A DNA stretch of 55,508 nucleotides, filler included, from Basidiobolus ranarum (Eukaryota): NCBI GenBank assembly GCA_040143965.1. It is 4 parts of 4 records of this genome, joined end to end, with 100 filler letters (N's around TTAATTAATTAA, not from the genome) between each part and the next. Parts side by side here need not be neighbours in the genome. Positions count along the whole stretch, not along the records: positions 13,926 to 27,730 come from JASJQH010000458.1; positions 27,831 to 41,623 come from JASJQH010000459.1; 2 more parts are not named here. The stretch is one strand, 5' to 3'. The notes below the pieces were generated by a model that worked only from the letters and a program-made list of their open reading frames with translations, was not told where the DNA came from and made no database searches. Of this stretch, positions 26,903 to 40,300 are shown in pieces. Position 1 is the first letter of the stretch; each line of letters begins with the position of its first letter. Made by a program: the position numbers and the translations under genes.

Positions 26903-27730
26903 TAATATATCTAATATAACACCTACCTGTGAGTACTTCCTTTGAGCCAGTCAAGTCCTTTCTAGTCACACAGTAGCCTGTAACTGTCTCTAGTAGTCTC
27001 TCTTGAGCTTCTTCTTCAGAGGTCTTGTAAGTGATGATGAAAATAAGTGGTGATCACAAGTACTAATTGTTAGTTGAAAACCAGGATGATTTTTGTTTGA
27101 AAAGATATGGCTCCTAGTTATACTTTTCCCTAACAAAAATTTGAGGATTATTATCATAGGAAAACCATCACAATTTTGATCCATTTGTGATTGACTGTTT
27201 ACTTACTGTCATAAAATTGTCAAGTTTGATTTGATTTTAATCAATTTTTTCAGATTCAGGAGTGAAATTTCAAGATCTCACAAAGTAGTTGTGCATGATT
27301 GGCTACAATCTCAGAGAACTCTGGATCAACACATGTGCAAAAAGCATAACTCAAATTTTACACAATTACCACTTGAGTGCTAATATGTCACCTTTGAAAT
27401 CCCTAGTCTCTTTGATATATTCTCCTGAATATTTTTATAGAATTCTTGATAACAAAGGTATAGCTCATACCCAACACAAGTTTGTATCAATATCTCCATC
27501 AAAGCCCACCATTGTATTAATGTTGCTGAATCAACATTCTTCCAGCTATCTGGCAGATATCCTGCAATATTATGCTACTCTGTATTAAGTTCTTCCTAGA
27601 TATCTGCACAGTCAACACCAGACTGAATGTCAAGTTAAAAATTCTTCTTCTGAAGCCACTTCCTGCATACTTGCACTGTGTTTTTCCCTTCATACTTTTG
27701 AAAATACTCCTCAAGCACTTTGACTATTTT

Positions 27731-27830
27731 NNNNNNNNNNNNNNNNNNNNNNNNNNNNNNNNNNNNNNNNNNNNTTAATTAATTAANNNNNNNNNNNNNN
27801 NNNNNNNNNNNNNNNNNNNNNNNNNNNNNN
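27731..27830. other. Artificial contig linker
   Basis: N-run with TTAATTAATTAA, 100 bp. Confidence 0.99.
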
Positions 27831-28068
27831 ACAGATTGTGACCTATGCTCAAAAACATTTCATTATTCCAGGGATTATCCATTGTAACTATTGGGCATAA
27901 ACAAGGGATTCCAATAGTAACTTGATTACATCCTTGCCCTTTATACATATCATCTATCACTTTTACCATTTCTATGACTCAATGAGACCTTGGAGTTTAT
28001 ATTTGGCAGTTGGCAACAGCAGCCAATGGTTGAGAAATCGGTCATGCTCAGTCATTCAGAGAAGGTAC

Positions 28069-28417
28069 TGTTGAAATTAGCATTGCCTAAACACCTATAT
28101 AGTCATATATAGCTTAGTACTTAGTTATCTTATAATTTGCCAAGATATTATCCATTATTCTCAATCGGAATCTACTTGGAATATTTTTACCAACTTAGAT
28201 GTTCTCAGATATATAGATTTTTCTAACTTGTGCTAGAAGCCCCAAACTTTGCACACATGCTCCTGGGACCTTCCTTAACACATTCTACATGTTAGTCTGT
28301 TTACATCTTGACAAAACTATAAATGTCAACTTTCTACTCAATAAATCAATAAGTGAAAAACCACCAATTCCTCTAATTCTCCAAACCACTTCCAACAGGC
28401 TCCCAAATACTTTAACA
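28069..28417 (+). mobile_element. Solo LTR, family 2 (349 bp), with 5-bp TSD GGTAC
   Basis: TGTTGAAATTAGC...TACTTTAACA; GGTAC at 28064-28068 and 28418-28422. Homologous to 48064-48733, 54067-54400 and 54658-54986. Confidence 0.92.
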
Positions 28418-29435
28418 GGTACAAGTTGGAGTTAGGGTAATTAATTGTATAGTAATATACCTCATTTCAATGATTTGTAATACTTGCAATCATCTCCTGA
28501 GAGCTTCTGAGCCTAATTTACGCTGGATTGAATCATCATCAAGCAATAGTCCAGGTGTTGAAAATATAGTAAATTTTTGAATATCCAAAATCTGGATGAT
28601 CACGTGACATAGATGATATTTTGCGGTTAAGCCATGAAGGATTCATAGACTTTGAGATCAAGCCGCTTTGGGTAGGTCTAAATAATACGAATCTACCAAT
28701 AACTTATATTAACTAGAGATTGAGAACTTCGTTGGATCATTGTAAAAAGGATGCAAACAAATTCTAAAAGCCTCCAAGGGAACCATAGTTTCTTTACGAA
28801 GTATATATTGAATTTGCTAGTGCTTTGACTAACTAGTCGCCAAATTTCGTTTAACATGGATATGGCAGTCCATGAGCTCCCAATATCAGAGATGAAGCCA
28901 TTATTATCGAGGAATATTGAATTTCAATTTGAATAAAGTAAATTTAGCATTGATAGTGTTCATAATAGAAATGGAAGAATGAAATCATATACGCGAGAGT
29001 GTCTATTGGGGGAGGGTACTTTTTATCAAGAATTCAAGACACTGGCACCATAATGTGAGATATTTACTTTCATATGCTAATTATCAATACAAATATTTCA
29101 ATTCCATAAGAATGATTCGTGTACATGGTATGGTCACATTGGGATGATTTTAATATCCTTTAAAATGAAGAATTGAATTACCTATTGATAGATAATCTCG
29201 AACAGATGGGATGATTTTCGGTAGGGAGCAGCATCGTGGGAGACCTACTTGGAGGAGTGAATATGAGTCACTTATATTCATTGGATAACATTCAGTTAGG
29301 ATCCATGAGAATCTTCCATAGCATCCAGTAAGAGCCCCACGAAAGATGAGTATAAATGAAGATGGAAGTATTCATCTCACGAAGAAAGAGAGCGAGCCTC
29401 ACCCTCCCAATCGAACCTGCAAAAACCAAATAATC

Positions 29436-29951
29436 ATGACCTCACTTCATTCAGGTGTTGAATAAGTCACGAGAATCTTGAATAGATCGAATGTCACTTA
29501 TGATATTATCACATTAAATGAATCTGCACGTACCGCAAAATTAGCTGCTGATCAATTGAATTGTCCTGTAGCGGCCATCGCAAACTCTTTAATCTTTGAG
29601 ATTTCCGAGACTAAATTACCTTTACTTATACTTACTAGCGGTGGACATAAGGTGGATTTAAAATTGGTTGGTGATGGTTTAGGCATTAAGAAGCTTAAAA
29701 GAGCCACTCCAGATTTCGTTCGACAACATACCGGTTTCGCTATTGGTGGTGTGGCGCCTATTGGTCACCCCGAGCCTATTAAGACTGTGGTAGATGTTGA
29801 ATTATCTCGGTTCGAGAAGGTTTGGGCAGCTGCCGGACACCCAAATACTGTCTTCCAAATCACTTTTGAAGATTTAGTTAGACTTTCTAATGGCTCCATC
29901 TCTAAAGTAGGTGAGGAGATACCAGAAACTGACCCAAGTATGACCAAATAG
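29436..29951 (+). CDS. YbaK/EbsC (ProX-like aminoacyl-tRNA deacylase) family protein, bacterial-type, intronless; in-frame TAA at codon 10
   Basis: MTSLHSGVE*VTRIL...SARTAKLAADQLNCPVAAIANSLIF...LILTSGGHKVD...RATPDFVRQHTGFAIGGVAPIGH...VWAAAGHPNTVF. ATG at 29436, TAA at 29463-29465. Confidence 0.85.
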
Positions 29952-30240
29952 AGATGAGTGGTCTTTACTCTGACGGGTGCTTCGAAATGAAATTTGGAGG
30001 TGGATATATCTCCTTTACATCCTCTAATCATAATGGCGTTTATTCCCGTTTATGTAATAGGTAGTTAATTGGTGGATATTAAGCTCTAAAGCTTACCCTT
30101 TCATTACATAAATAAAATGGTTTTTGTACTGAACTCCTTTTACTTGCTTCCGTTCACAAAAAAAATCAACACTTTAACTATTAATAACAAAGGTATGGAA
30201 TGTTTCGGTTGTAATCGAAATGACCTCGTGCATACGGGTC

Positions 30241-33200
30241 TTAATGAATGGTGATAGAGGCATCAATCTCCTCGTATCTTTCCGACACGTCCGCACTGGC
30301 TGCCAGTTCTTTTTTGTGTTGAAGATGAATCAAGGTGAGCTTAAAGTGCTTGAGGATGAAATCAATGGGATTTCCTTCCGGAGTGATGAGAGCAGAGGAG
30401 TTGCTTGTCTTGGGAAGACTATCGCTTTCCATGTTGGTGATATTACTGTTGATCAAATCGATGATACCATTCAAATGCTTGGAAGTGACCTGTCATTAGA
30501 ATACAATGAGGTTAATAACATTTCACTTGTCTTTAAATGTATATATATTACACCAAAAATACTTTACCTCATCTACATGACGTTCGAAGAAATAAATGTA
30601 CCGGTTCAACATCTCAACGAATAACTCAACATTAGTAACTGAATCCAGACAGGAGTCGGCAATTTTGAGTGCGCGCTGTAAAGTTTCTAAAACACGCTTG
30701 CCATTACGATACATGTTGGTATCTTCATCGCCGTCTTTTCCAGTGACTTCCGTACCCCAAAACAAGTGAGTGCAGTGGTAGACTGCGCGGCATTGATCCG
30801 GTTTCTTAAGTAATTTACCACCGTGAAGTACACATTTGGTAATCAAAGTGTCATAATCGTCAGAGTTGAACACCTTGCTCATTTGTAGGGTGCCAACAAT
30901 GAGTAGGATAGCTTGGAATTGAGCTTTGGATTCCGAAATCGACTCTTCATACACTGAGAAGGCTTGTACAAAGAATTCATACGCAATCTCCTCAAAACCG
31001 CATTCATCAGCAGATTGAGCAGCGAGGAGGAACAGACGTAAAGACAGGTCGTGACATTCAGCTTTGTTATACAAAATAGCAATGAGTTGATGAATGAATT
31101 TGAATAAAGTGGTGCATTTTCTCTTCCATTCTTCATCCTATAAAGAATATGACAAAATGGTAAAAACTTCGTTGAGAGGATAATATCATGTCGAGCACTA
31201 AAGCTGACTTTACCTTAGTTTCGATGGAGTTATATTTTCTTGCTAGTTTGACAGCTTCAATAACCATTGGTGGGAATGTAAACCGAATTCGATCTCCGCC
31301 GTCCCCAAATTGCTTTCTAGCGGCCAATAATAGCTAGAAGTATTGGAGAATATGTATGAATTTAATAAAGTGCTAGAGACGAATGAGTAAGGATGTTAAA
31401 ATACCATGATTTGCTCATCGGGGCCATCGTTACGGAAGAGATGAATCATTCGAGCTACCCAACCTTGCTCTTCTGCAGCATCCTCATCATCCATGGGGCT
31501 CTTACCACTCAAAGCGAATGACACCCCGACACTAGCATCTTTTTGATCTTTTACCAATACACTACATAATTCTAGCACACCATTGACTTCTTCCGGGGTA
31601 CTGATGATGGTTTCCTTTTTCAAAATACTGGAAACAATGGCGTGGGCCACTGAACGACGAGTAGAATAAGGCTGCAAGTCAAGTAAGGATTGGTAATTTG
31701 TGAGTGATAGAAGGGTAAGCGCCGTTGGATATGAGTTAATAGGAGCGAGAAGTAACGATAACAGACTAGAAGTGGTATTAGCGGTATGCAAGTCTGGGCT
31801 TTTACAAGCAAGGATAGGGAGACAAAAATGGATTTAGTACAATACTCTTGTCATTATAGGAGTCAACCTATGAATAGTTCATTACCTTTCTTCATATTCG
31901 ATCATTTTTTCCTTGGTAAAGCCGATGATTTGATCGACATAGTCCAACTGCTCAGGATAGCAACTAAGAGACAAGTTAACTAAAGAAACCAACAAGGCAG
32001 TAATATCTTGAATAGAAATATCGGGGCGTGCCTAAATGATATCAACTGTAACTAAATCGGTAAGATTTTGACAAGATTCCTGAGGTGATGGTATACTTTA
32101 ATTAGTTCAACAATCTGCTCCCAAAAAACCTCGAATAATTTGACATCTTCAGGGATGCCACGGATTCGTTTGACGCCACTTTCATCCACTTCGTCCCCAT
32201 TTTCGGCTTCTCTAGCAGCATAGGCTGCCAGACGATCAATTAATGAAATAACGATTTGTTTAACACTGACTCTGGGGTTGAGTTTAGCCAGTGCAGAGAG
32301 AAGCTGGTCTAAGGTACGCAAATGAAAATCATCCTCAAATACCTAGAATGATTCTGGTGAATTAGAATTTTGAGGTGATATAATAGGCAGTGTACGCTTA
32401 CTTGAATTATAGCTTCCATAAGATATTCTTGAGCAATGAGATCTTTGCAACTGACTACTTGCTCGAGAATGCCTGGGAGAATGGTCTTGATAATGAAAGA
32501 TGAAGTAAATTAAAGGTGAGTCCAATAAATATACGAGCTACATATGAGCTTAGAAGTATCTAATTGAGCTTACTTCTTGGTACAAATTCAAGCTGACACC
32601 TTCTAATTGACTGAGTTTAACCAAATTACTTCCAATAAGAATTTTAAGCTCCTTTCTTTCCAGCTCACGCTTTTCTCTTTCGCGAGAATGTCCTTGATGT
32701 TGCAAACGAACCCAAAGTTTGTTCATCTCCATGAAGTTAGTAAGGGTAAACTGAGTAGAGTCATTCAAGTTCCCTTCTGGTCTAAAAGTCACGTATGAGT
32801 TATAAAAGGTAACCAAAAACTCTTTTGGGAAAAAGAAATGTATACCCTTCACTGACTCCTGTAGGCAGGTAATCCCGAGTTGCACCTCCAAGATAGTATC
32901 TAAGAAAAAGGCCTCTAGTAGGATGTTGAACACCTCGTGCCATTTCCATCATATCCTTCATAATTTCTTTGACTGGTGCGTCTTTAATACTCATATAAAC
33001 ACTACCCACTGTGATCATCAAATAAAGACGAGGGATAATATTCCCAGCGTACTGAACTAACTCATATAAATCGGCAAGATGATGGCGACCTGAAACGTGA
33101 GCTTCATTTAAGAATGTAGTCAGATGTCTGAGAGAGTCAAAAATGGCCATATCTATAAATAAATCAAAATGAATAAACTAAACTTTTTAAAGTAGCTAAA

Positions 33201-33642
33201 AAAATATATGTTTCAAGCAAAAGAAAGAGGAGCCTACATAATTCGTAATAGTTCTTGGGCGTCAAAGAGGATGTGCGTAACTCCGCCAACATAGTGGAAC
33301 AGTTTTTAAGGGCATCCATGAGTTTATTGCCGTCCTAAAATTTAGTGATTTAGTTAATATCTAAAGATAAATGGAAAAGGTAGAGGCAATAGCCAAGTTT
33401 TGATGGTCAAATATTTCTAGTCCTTTACACGAATAAATATATATTTCGTGTGTACTGGTGTATAGCTAATATACTCGTCACTCGTAAAAGATGATAAATG
33501 TAAAAGCGTAGACAATAAAAGAAACTCGATAAATACTTACCAGACATTTTTTCATCTGGAAAGATTGAACCTTGACTATGTTCAAAGCATCTTCCAACAA
33601 TTTGCCCTGATTCTCGGTGTTTATCGAAGGGGAAGTTGCCAT
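30241..33642 (-). CDS. VPS35: Retromer subunit Vps35, multi-exon
   Basis: [120 protein letters not shown]. Confidence 0.97.
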
Positions 33643-34133
33643 TGTATATGGTAGATAGGGGTCCTGAAGGCAGTAGATAGGTAGAAGACAATGGGCCTGA
33701 TGATATATCAAATAGGATCAGATATTCTTAGATATTCGCCCGGAAAAGATATTGTCGTAATATAGGATACTCAATCAATGCTACCGAATTCCGAGTTTTT
33801 AGGAAGTCAGAAATTGCTTCACATAAGTGACGCATCCCATTCTAACCTGCTCATATTTGGATACGATAAACCAAGATGGTTTTCGAAATTATCTGAATCT
33901 TGTGAGTTCAATCGAATTTGAGAATATTTAGCGATTATTTAACAGTATAGGATAATTCATGACAAAAGTTATTTAATCAAGATTTAAAAACTAGAGTTAG
34001 TATATGTTACAGTGCCATATGCTAATATAGAGATCAGTCATGATGATTCATTGCGTAGTTCATTCTTTGTGATGGACTCGAGTACGAATAACAACCAAGA
34101 TCTATTGTAAGCCTTCGTTGTTGGTAAATTATC

Positions 34134-35200
34134 AAGTCATCCAACGAGGTTCGCTATCTAGCTTCGAAGCGCCGCCGAATGGAGGTAGTTCTTTAAACAA
34201 AGGCACCCATGTGCTATCCAAGAATGCGAAAAAGGTACAAATATATACACACCATCTGGGTGTCCGATTATCTTCGAGCTATCAATTGCACTCCTGATTG
34301 GATATGTGATGCATCGCTGTTTCAGCCATAGTTAGTTCATGGGTTCCTAATGAGTCAGATGTTACGAGTTGATTGAAGTGATAATGCCACCAAAATCTGA
34401 ACCCTATTTTTTACTTGCAAAGTTCCAAAAGAAATAGTTGGACTAATACAAAGCACATATTTGATGCACATATTCTTCTAACCGATTGGTACTTATTTCT
34501 GAATGGCAACATGGTCTAATTCTTTTTGGCTTCGAATCATACTTGCATACACTATATCATCAGAGGGTTCTTGGTAGAAGGAGGATCTCGGTTCTGTGCT
34601 ATACACTGGGTGAATATCATATACTTGGAGGGAATGCATAATGAAGCCTGACAATCCATACTGATTAAATTCTAAATTATAGGAATGTGCATGGTAAATG
34701 AATTTAGAAACCTGGATGCTTTCCAGCCGTCTGATGTAACCTTCACCAAAATACGCCATCAGAGACAGTGTTTGCATCTATGGTCTGGATGGGCAGTTAC
34801 CTGCAGGGCTGATTGTATTGTACGTATGGTTGAGGGATGAGCGATTGGGATTAACATATGTAATGGTTTAGAAAACTAACAAGTTAGCACATGTGGAATA
34901 TACATGGCAGATCGTATCTTTGGGCTAAATATGGTATTTTTTCTGGCCAAGCAATTTGCCAATCCATTGAAATAATTGTTTGTAATCAATGCAATGTCCA
35001 CGATGTTTGGCAATAAATCAATTCTGGGCTCAAATTGATTTTGGATTTCTTTGTCTTCAAACCTGGCCACAGTTAATTCTATTATAACTATCTATTTGGA
35101 AATTGGGAAAATTTGCATCATAATATGGAGCCACTTTAGATTCAAGTCAGATCGGTAGTTGATGTAGAAAGGTTTCTATTTGTCCCAAAGCACTGGTTAG
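34134..35200 (-). pseudogene. Unidentified degraded intron-containing gene remnant
   Basis: Protein-like segments with scattered stops (YDANFPNFQIDSYNRINCG; GHCIDYKQLFQWIGKLL; TIDANTVSDGVFW; TWVPLFKELPPFGG) separated by intron-like AT-rich blocks. Family not recognised. Confidence 0.3.
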
Positions 35201-35437
35201 CACATTCTATTAGGTTACCATTATAGTCAAGATTTATTTAAAAGAGGGTGTTACGGTATTGATGATGATTATTTGATTCATTTCAAAGATATTAGACAGC
35301 TAGCCCATTGCAAGAAGTTAAGGTATCGATTGCAGGGACAAAGATAGACAAGTGATTTGATATACAGATGAAGTACGAGAAACATGAATTTTATGATACG
35401 ATGGGTGCACGGTAGAGTATTTTAACGAGATTCCATT

Positions 35438-36820
35438 TTAAATTTTTTCTGTGTTCCTATCCACGAGGATTTTTTCATTGCTTGCGTCACAAGCAGTTGT
35501 TTCTACCACGGCCGGAACACTGGTTGTATTGGCAAAGATGCAGTCCATATGCTGATAAGCAGATTCTCCTAGTTCAGAAAGGTCAAGACCTAGTCGTTCA
35601 CTTGCAGAGTCAGCACGAAGGCTAAGTCCTGGTACCTTATCCATGATCCATAAGATTAAATAAGTTACAACAAAAGTCCATGCAAAGCCGGCAACGCTTC
35701 CAGCAAGCTGAATTAAAATCTGCATAAAGTTACCGTTAAGCCAGCCTCCGGCAATGGATGTCCCGTCCAAGGCAGCGATGCGCTGTTCCGCAAAGATGCC
35801 CGTCAAAATGTTTCCAATAATACCACCAACTGCGTGAACAGCAAATACATCCAAAGCGTCATCAAAGTTCAAAAGGTGGCCTAAATGGCGAGCATAGTTA
35901 CATCCAATACCAGCCACTACACCGAATAATACTGAAGCGGCAGGTCCGACGAACCCTGATCCTGGTGTAATTGCTACTAATCCAGCAACTGCTCCAGAGC
36001 AAAACGCTAGAGCAGAGAATTTGCGACCGGTACGGAAATAATCAATTAATACCCAGGTTAAAGCTCCGGCAGCTGCAGCAATGTTTGTCACAACAATTGC
36101 CATAACAGCCCTGAGAGAACCAGCCAAAGCAGATCCTCCGTTAAAACCAAACCAGCCAAACCAGAGGAATGCTGTTCCAAGTACAACGTTGGACATATTG
36201 TGAGCCTTGAAATCTTCTACCCCATGACCTTCTCTTTTCCCCACCTTAATAGCATATGCTAATGCTGCAACCCCTGAGGAAATATGAACGGGAGTGCCAC
36301 CTGCAAAATCCAGACTTCCTAGTTTCATGGACCAGCCATCAGGAGACCAAGTCCAGTATGCAATGGGATCGTAGACAAGAGTTGACCAGATGAAAATAAA
36401 CAATATAGTAGGGAGAATACGTGCACGTTCCGCTGCCGCACCAATAGCTAAAGCGGGTGCAATTGAGGCAAACATGCATTGATAAATCATGAAGGCAAGG
36501 TCAGGGATCTTTGGACTGCCTACGCTAGGATCTCCAAGGACGTTGATTAGAAAAGCGTGGTTTAGATTACCAATAAACCAGCTACCAGTGCGACTAAAAG
36601 TAAGAGAATAGCCCCAAATAAACCATTGAACCAAAACAACTGCAACAGATAGACAACTAAGTATTATGAGAGATAGCGCATTTTTTGATCGAGCCATTCC
36701 ACTATAGAAATAGCCAACCCCCGGAATCATAAGGAAAACCAGGCCTGTTGAGATCATCACCCAGGTAATATCGCCTGATGAATAGACGGGGGTAGGTTGA
36801 GAGGGATTGGAAGTGTCCAT
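35438..36820 (-). CDS. Ammonium transporter (Amt/Mep family), intronless, twin-His type
   Basis: 460 aa with about 11 TM segments; LDFAGGTPVHISSG, WFGWFGFNGGS, GLVAITP, DDALDVFAVHAVGG. Confidence 0.97.
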   Translation of the reverse strand: MDTSNPSQPTPVYSSGDITWVMISTGLVFLMIPGVGYFYSGMARSKNALSLIILSCLSVAVVLVQWFIWGYSLTFSRTGSWFIGNLNHAFLINVLGDPSVGSPKIPDLAFMIYQCMFASIAPALAIGAAAERARILPTILFIFIWSTLVYDPIAYWTWSPDGWSMKLGSLDFAGGTPVHISSGVAALAYAIKVGKREGHGVEDFKAHNMSNVVLGTAFLWFGWFGFNGGSALAGSLRAVMAIVVTNIAAAAGALTWVLIDYFRTGRKFSALAFCSGAVAGLVAITPGSGFVGPAASVLFGVVAGIGCNYARHLGHLLNFDDALDVFAVHAVGGIIGNILTGIFAEQRIAALDGTSIAGGWLNGNFMQILIQLAGSVAGFAWTFVVTYLILWIMDKVPGLSLRADSASERLGLDLSELGESAYQHMDCIFANTTSVPAVVETTACDASNEKILVDRNTEKI

Positions 36821-36878
36821 TGTCTAATATCAATTAGTTGAAGAGCTCAATGTTGCTTTTTCGACAGTCATCTCTTCG

Positions 36879-37330
36879 CTATATATATATGCGCAGCGCT
36901 CATGAAGGTTTGTCATGATTACATGTCATAGGGGGATATAATACTGCTTCAATCACATCCGTTACAGATAGAAAGGGCCAATAGACATTCACAAGTTTAT
37001 CTTCGGAAATATAGGGGAAGAGCTCTGTAAGGCTGCAAAAACCTTATCTGTTTGGAGGTTCCGAGGTGTTAGCAGAAATTACATGGTAAATGGTTTCATT
37101 CAATCTCCTATCTCGGCATTGCTATTAACATGTGAAAGCTAAACCTCTGTGATGTAGCGAGATGAGGAGCCGATCACTTTAGATTAATCGATATTTAAAA
37201 AAGTTAGCCTAAGTAGCCAACAAAAGTTTGGTACATGGTGCAAAACATGGATGGATATAGTTTTATTTGCGACATTGTTCATTGGGCCATGCTTCCTCAT
37301 TGGCATTAGGCTTGTATCTTTATCTTATCT
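36879..37330 (-). promoter_or_regulatory. Amt/Mep promoter: TATA tract and clustered GATAA sites
   Basis: TATATATATAT at about 36880-36890. TTATC (GATAA on the minus strand) at about 36997, 37044, 37320 and 37325, the known binding motif of AreA/Gln3-type nitrogen GATA factors. Confidence 0.5.
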
Positions 37331-40300
37331 GCAAGTTTTAATTCAATCACATCAGTTTGATCCATAAATTATTGGACCAAATAAGACTAGTCCAGGGATG
37401 TGGGCCAAGTCACGTGTGCTTCTGGTAATCAAGTAATCAATCCCACATGATACAATCACTAGTTGGCCTATGTGGATTTATCCGAATTGTTGTCATCTGA
37501 GGCTATGCACCCCAGATAAAAGATAGTGCAAGCGTACTCCACCTCTTGATGAAATAAGGTGTAAGCGTATCGCGGTCCTGTTGGTTAGGGGAAATAATTC
37601 CAAATGCGTTAAATGTAATGGCAATGTGCTGACTTTAAAATTGTTCAGATCATATAATGGAGATTTCTTCGGCATGCTTTTGACTGTCATCTACATATCG
37701 CTGCATAGCGGCTTGGGCAGTATGCAGTCTATTTGTCGTCTGAGGCTATCCACTAGGAGGTGATAATCAAAGCAAGGTTTGTATGGCTGTGTTAGTGAAT
37801 CAGCATGAACCCTGATCACCAAGCCGTTTAAGATGATACAGTATGGATTTCTAGACCACTGATATGAGGCAAGTATTAGCAAATCCTATGAGTTGTACCA
37901 CTGTAGTCGGTCTAAAAATATATCCATGGCAAGTGGCGCATATGACAAGAATGTAGGTAGTTACCACACGAGAGAGCTACTCTTACATATGTGTGAAGTC
38001 TATTGCTTAACCAAATCTGCATCCTCCGTTGAAATGGTTTGTTGCAAGATATTTGCATTTTCATCATACAATGCACTCCAACTCAGAATCAGGGGTTTTC
38101 AACGTGATTTATCGACCAAGTCTATCATTAGCCATCCTACATAGATAACGTCCTTGATGAATTTGACATAACGATTACTGGTATTCTATGAATATTACTT
38201 AATCCAGTTGATGCTTATGGCTTTCTTAGATTAGATTGCTGCAATAAACTCCAGGTATGAGTTCCATAGGATACTTTCTACAACATCTCACATATATATC
38301 ATGAGAAAGTGCTCCTTATATAGGTATTGCTGTACTATAACAAAGGTGCAAGTTACAACTGAATCTACATCTGACTGGTTTGCAGCGACAAGTCTAATAC
38401 ATAGCGATGTCTACATCAGGTGTAGAAAAACATCTCCCTCATGTTTTAGAGATGTAATTTCTAAGTTCAATAAAAATCGAATAGTAAACACCATCGTAAT
38501 CTGAGAAATCTGAGGGGATATGGTAGATGTGAAATTAATTGCCAAATATAGTGAGATACAGATGCATTTGGATAAAACCTTATCACTATTTGTGTCAATA
38601 TCATGCATAAGGAATGCAACATTAGAAAATCTCAGTGTGGATTCAACGACCTGCTAAGCTTGTAGGCATGTGATCGTTTGTTCGTTCAATATCATCAAAT
38701 GTTTCCTCGGCTTTGGTGCACTATTACAGTGGGTTCTATTTGAACAGGTACCCACTCTCAATAGGACCCCAGTGCTCAATATGTTTCCAACTTATTGCAC
38801 TCTGTTTCTCTGGAAAATATTTCAACATTTGGTAGAATAAAAGTAGAGTATCTAGTGTTGTCCAGTCATTATGTACAATAAAGATAAATAGCTATAATTG
38901 GCCCAAGGTTATGTTGCAGGTTTCTGATCATGTATACATCAACTTATACTGTTGTGATATTACAATATGTTCCTACTCTACATCGACGAGGGTGCAAGAT
39001 AGCAAATGATGCTCTATCATATTTCACTTAAACGGGATGACTTGTCTACATGATGGATATGCAACAGGAATATGAATATGGGCATTGCAAATGAAAATAC
39101 CATATATAAATCAATTAAGAACCGACGGTGCTTATATATAGCTAGGATTTCAACTCTCAGCTGCACAGAGGAAAAAGTGTCAGAAAACCAAACCGCTAAC
39201 AGTAACTATTGGCTTCACCACTCGAAAAGTCTATTATTACAGTAAAATTAGCGAAAAGGCCGTAAGTCTATTTTAATTATTGTTCACTTTGTTTAATTCC
39301 ATCCTGGTGTTACAACTGGTTGACATATAAGATCGTTGAGATATCTTGTGGTTATACATAAAAGATAAAGGTGAGATGCTTTTATAAATATAGGCTTACT
39401 TTAGCAATGAAAGTATTTCTTTGAGGATTCATGTTACTAATTTCCCATTACATCTCTTATGATTCTTCGTCGATATCTTCGCCTTTCTATTATCCACATT
39501 GTTGAATACAGGACATGTCGTAGACCATCTACGCACTGGTTTATTAGCCTATAAATGTACAATATAGATTTTATTTCGGAAAACGTAGATTGTCGTAGGC
39601 TATAAGAATGCAAAGTAGATATCGTTCCCGGCGCGGTCGTACTAGCAAGCGCCTCTTCCAAATGCAAGCACATTAAACTACAACTGGATACGATGCTTGC
39701 CGAGCAATGCCACATTGGTTGTTTCTATTTCTAGACATCTTGATATAACCCTCTTCTCCCCATGAGGTACCCCAACTATTCTTTACAAGCCAATAATCCT
39801 CTCCGAGTTCTGTTCCATACCCAACGATAGTAACGCTTATATATCCCTCCAAAATACCGTCTATTATATCCAGAAGCGAGCTGCAAAGAGGCTCATTGTA
39901 GACACCACTCGAATATAGTTGAAACGATGCATGAGATCCGTCTATCAGTGCAGGTAATATTTTGAATATGCTTTCTCCACTCTACCGGTAATATCTACAT
40001 GTATTATATGCCTTTTATTGTTAAAGGCATAATCTATAGATATAAGGAGAAAAGATATTCAGTGCTATGTACTCATAAATTATGTAACCATAGTGTTCAC
40101 TGATACTGGTTTATTTCCACTGGTTAACATGAATATTCCAGATATGCCATTTTCAATAGGGGCATGGATGCCCATATTGAGGGCCGTTTGTCTACATTCA
40201 ACGTCTCTCTAGATTTAATGTGGATGAGTATCAAATCGAATAAAATCTATCGTCTTCCTATTCGACTCTTTCAACGGAGAACATCCATACGAAGTTAGTG

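Noticed and set aside
27500-28060. Possible BED-finger/hAT and gypsy integrase fragments at the contig ends
   Set aside because: Too short and degraded to support a call by eye.
10813-29465. Stop-codon reassignment or A-to-I editing explaining in-frame stops in the AflY-like and YbaK genes
   Set aside because: The stops are of all three types and occur with frameshifts in the AflY-like gene; conserved genes here end normally with TAA or TGA, and the YbaK, peptide and GPI-protein ORFs end with TAG.
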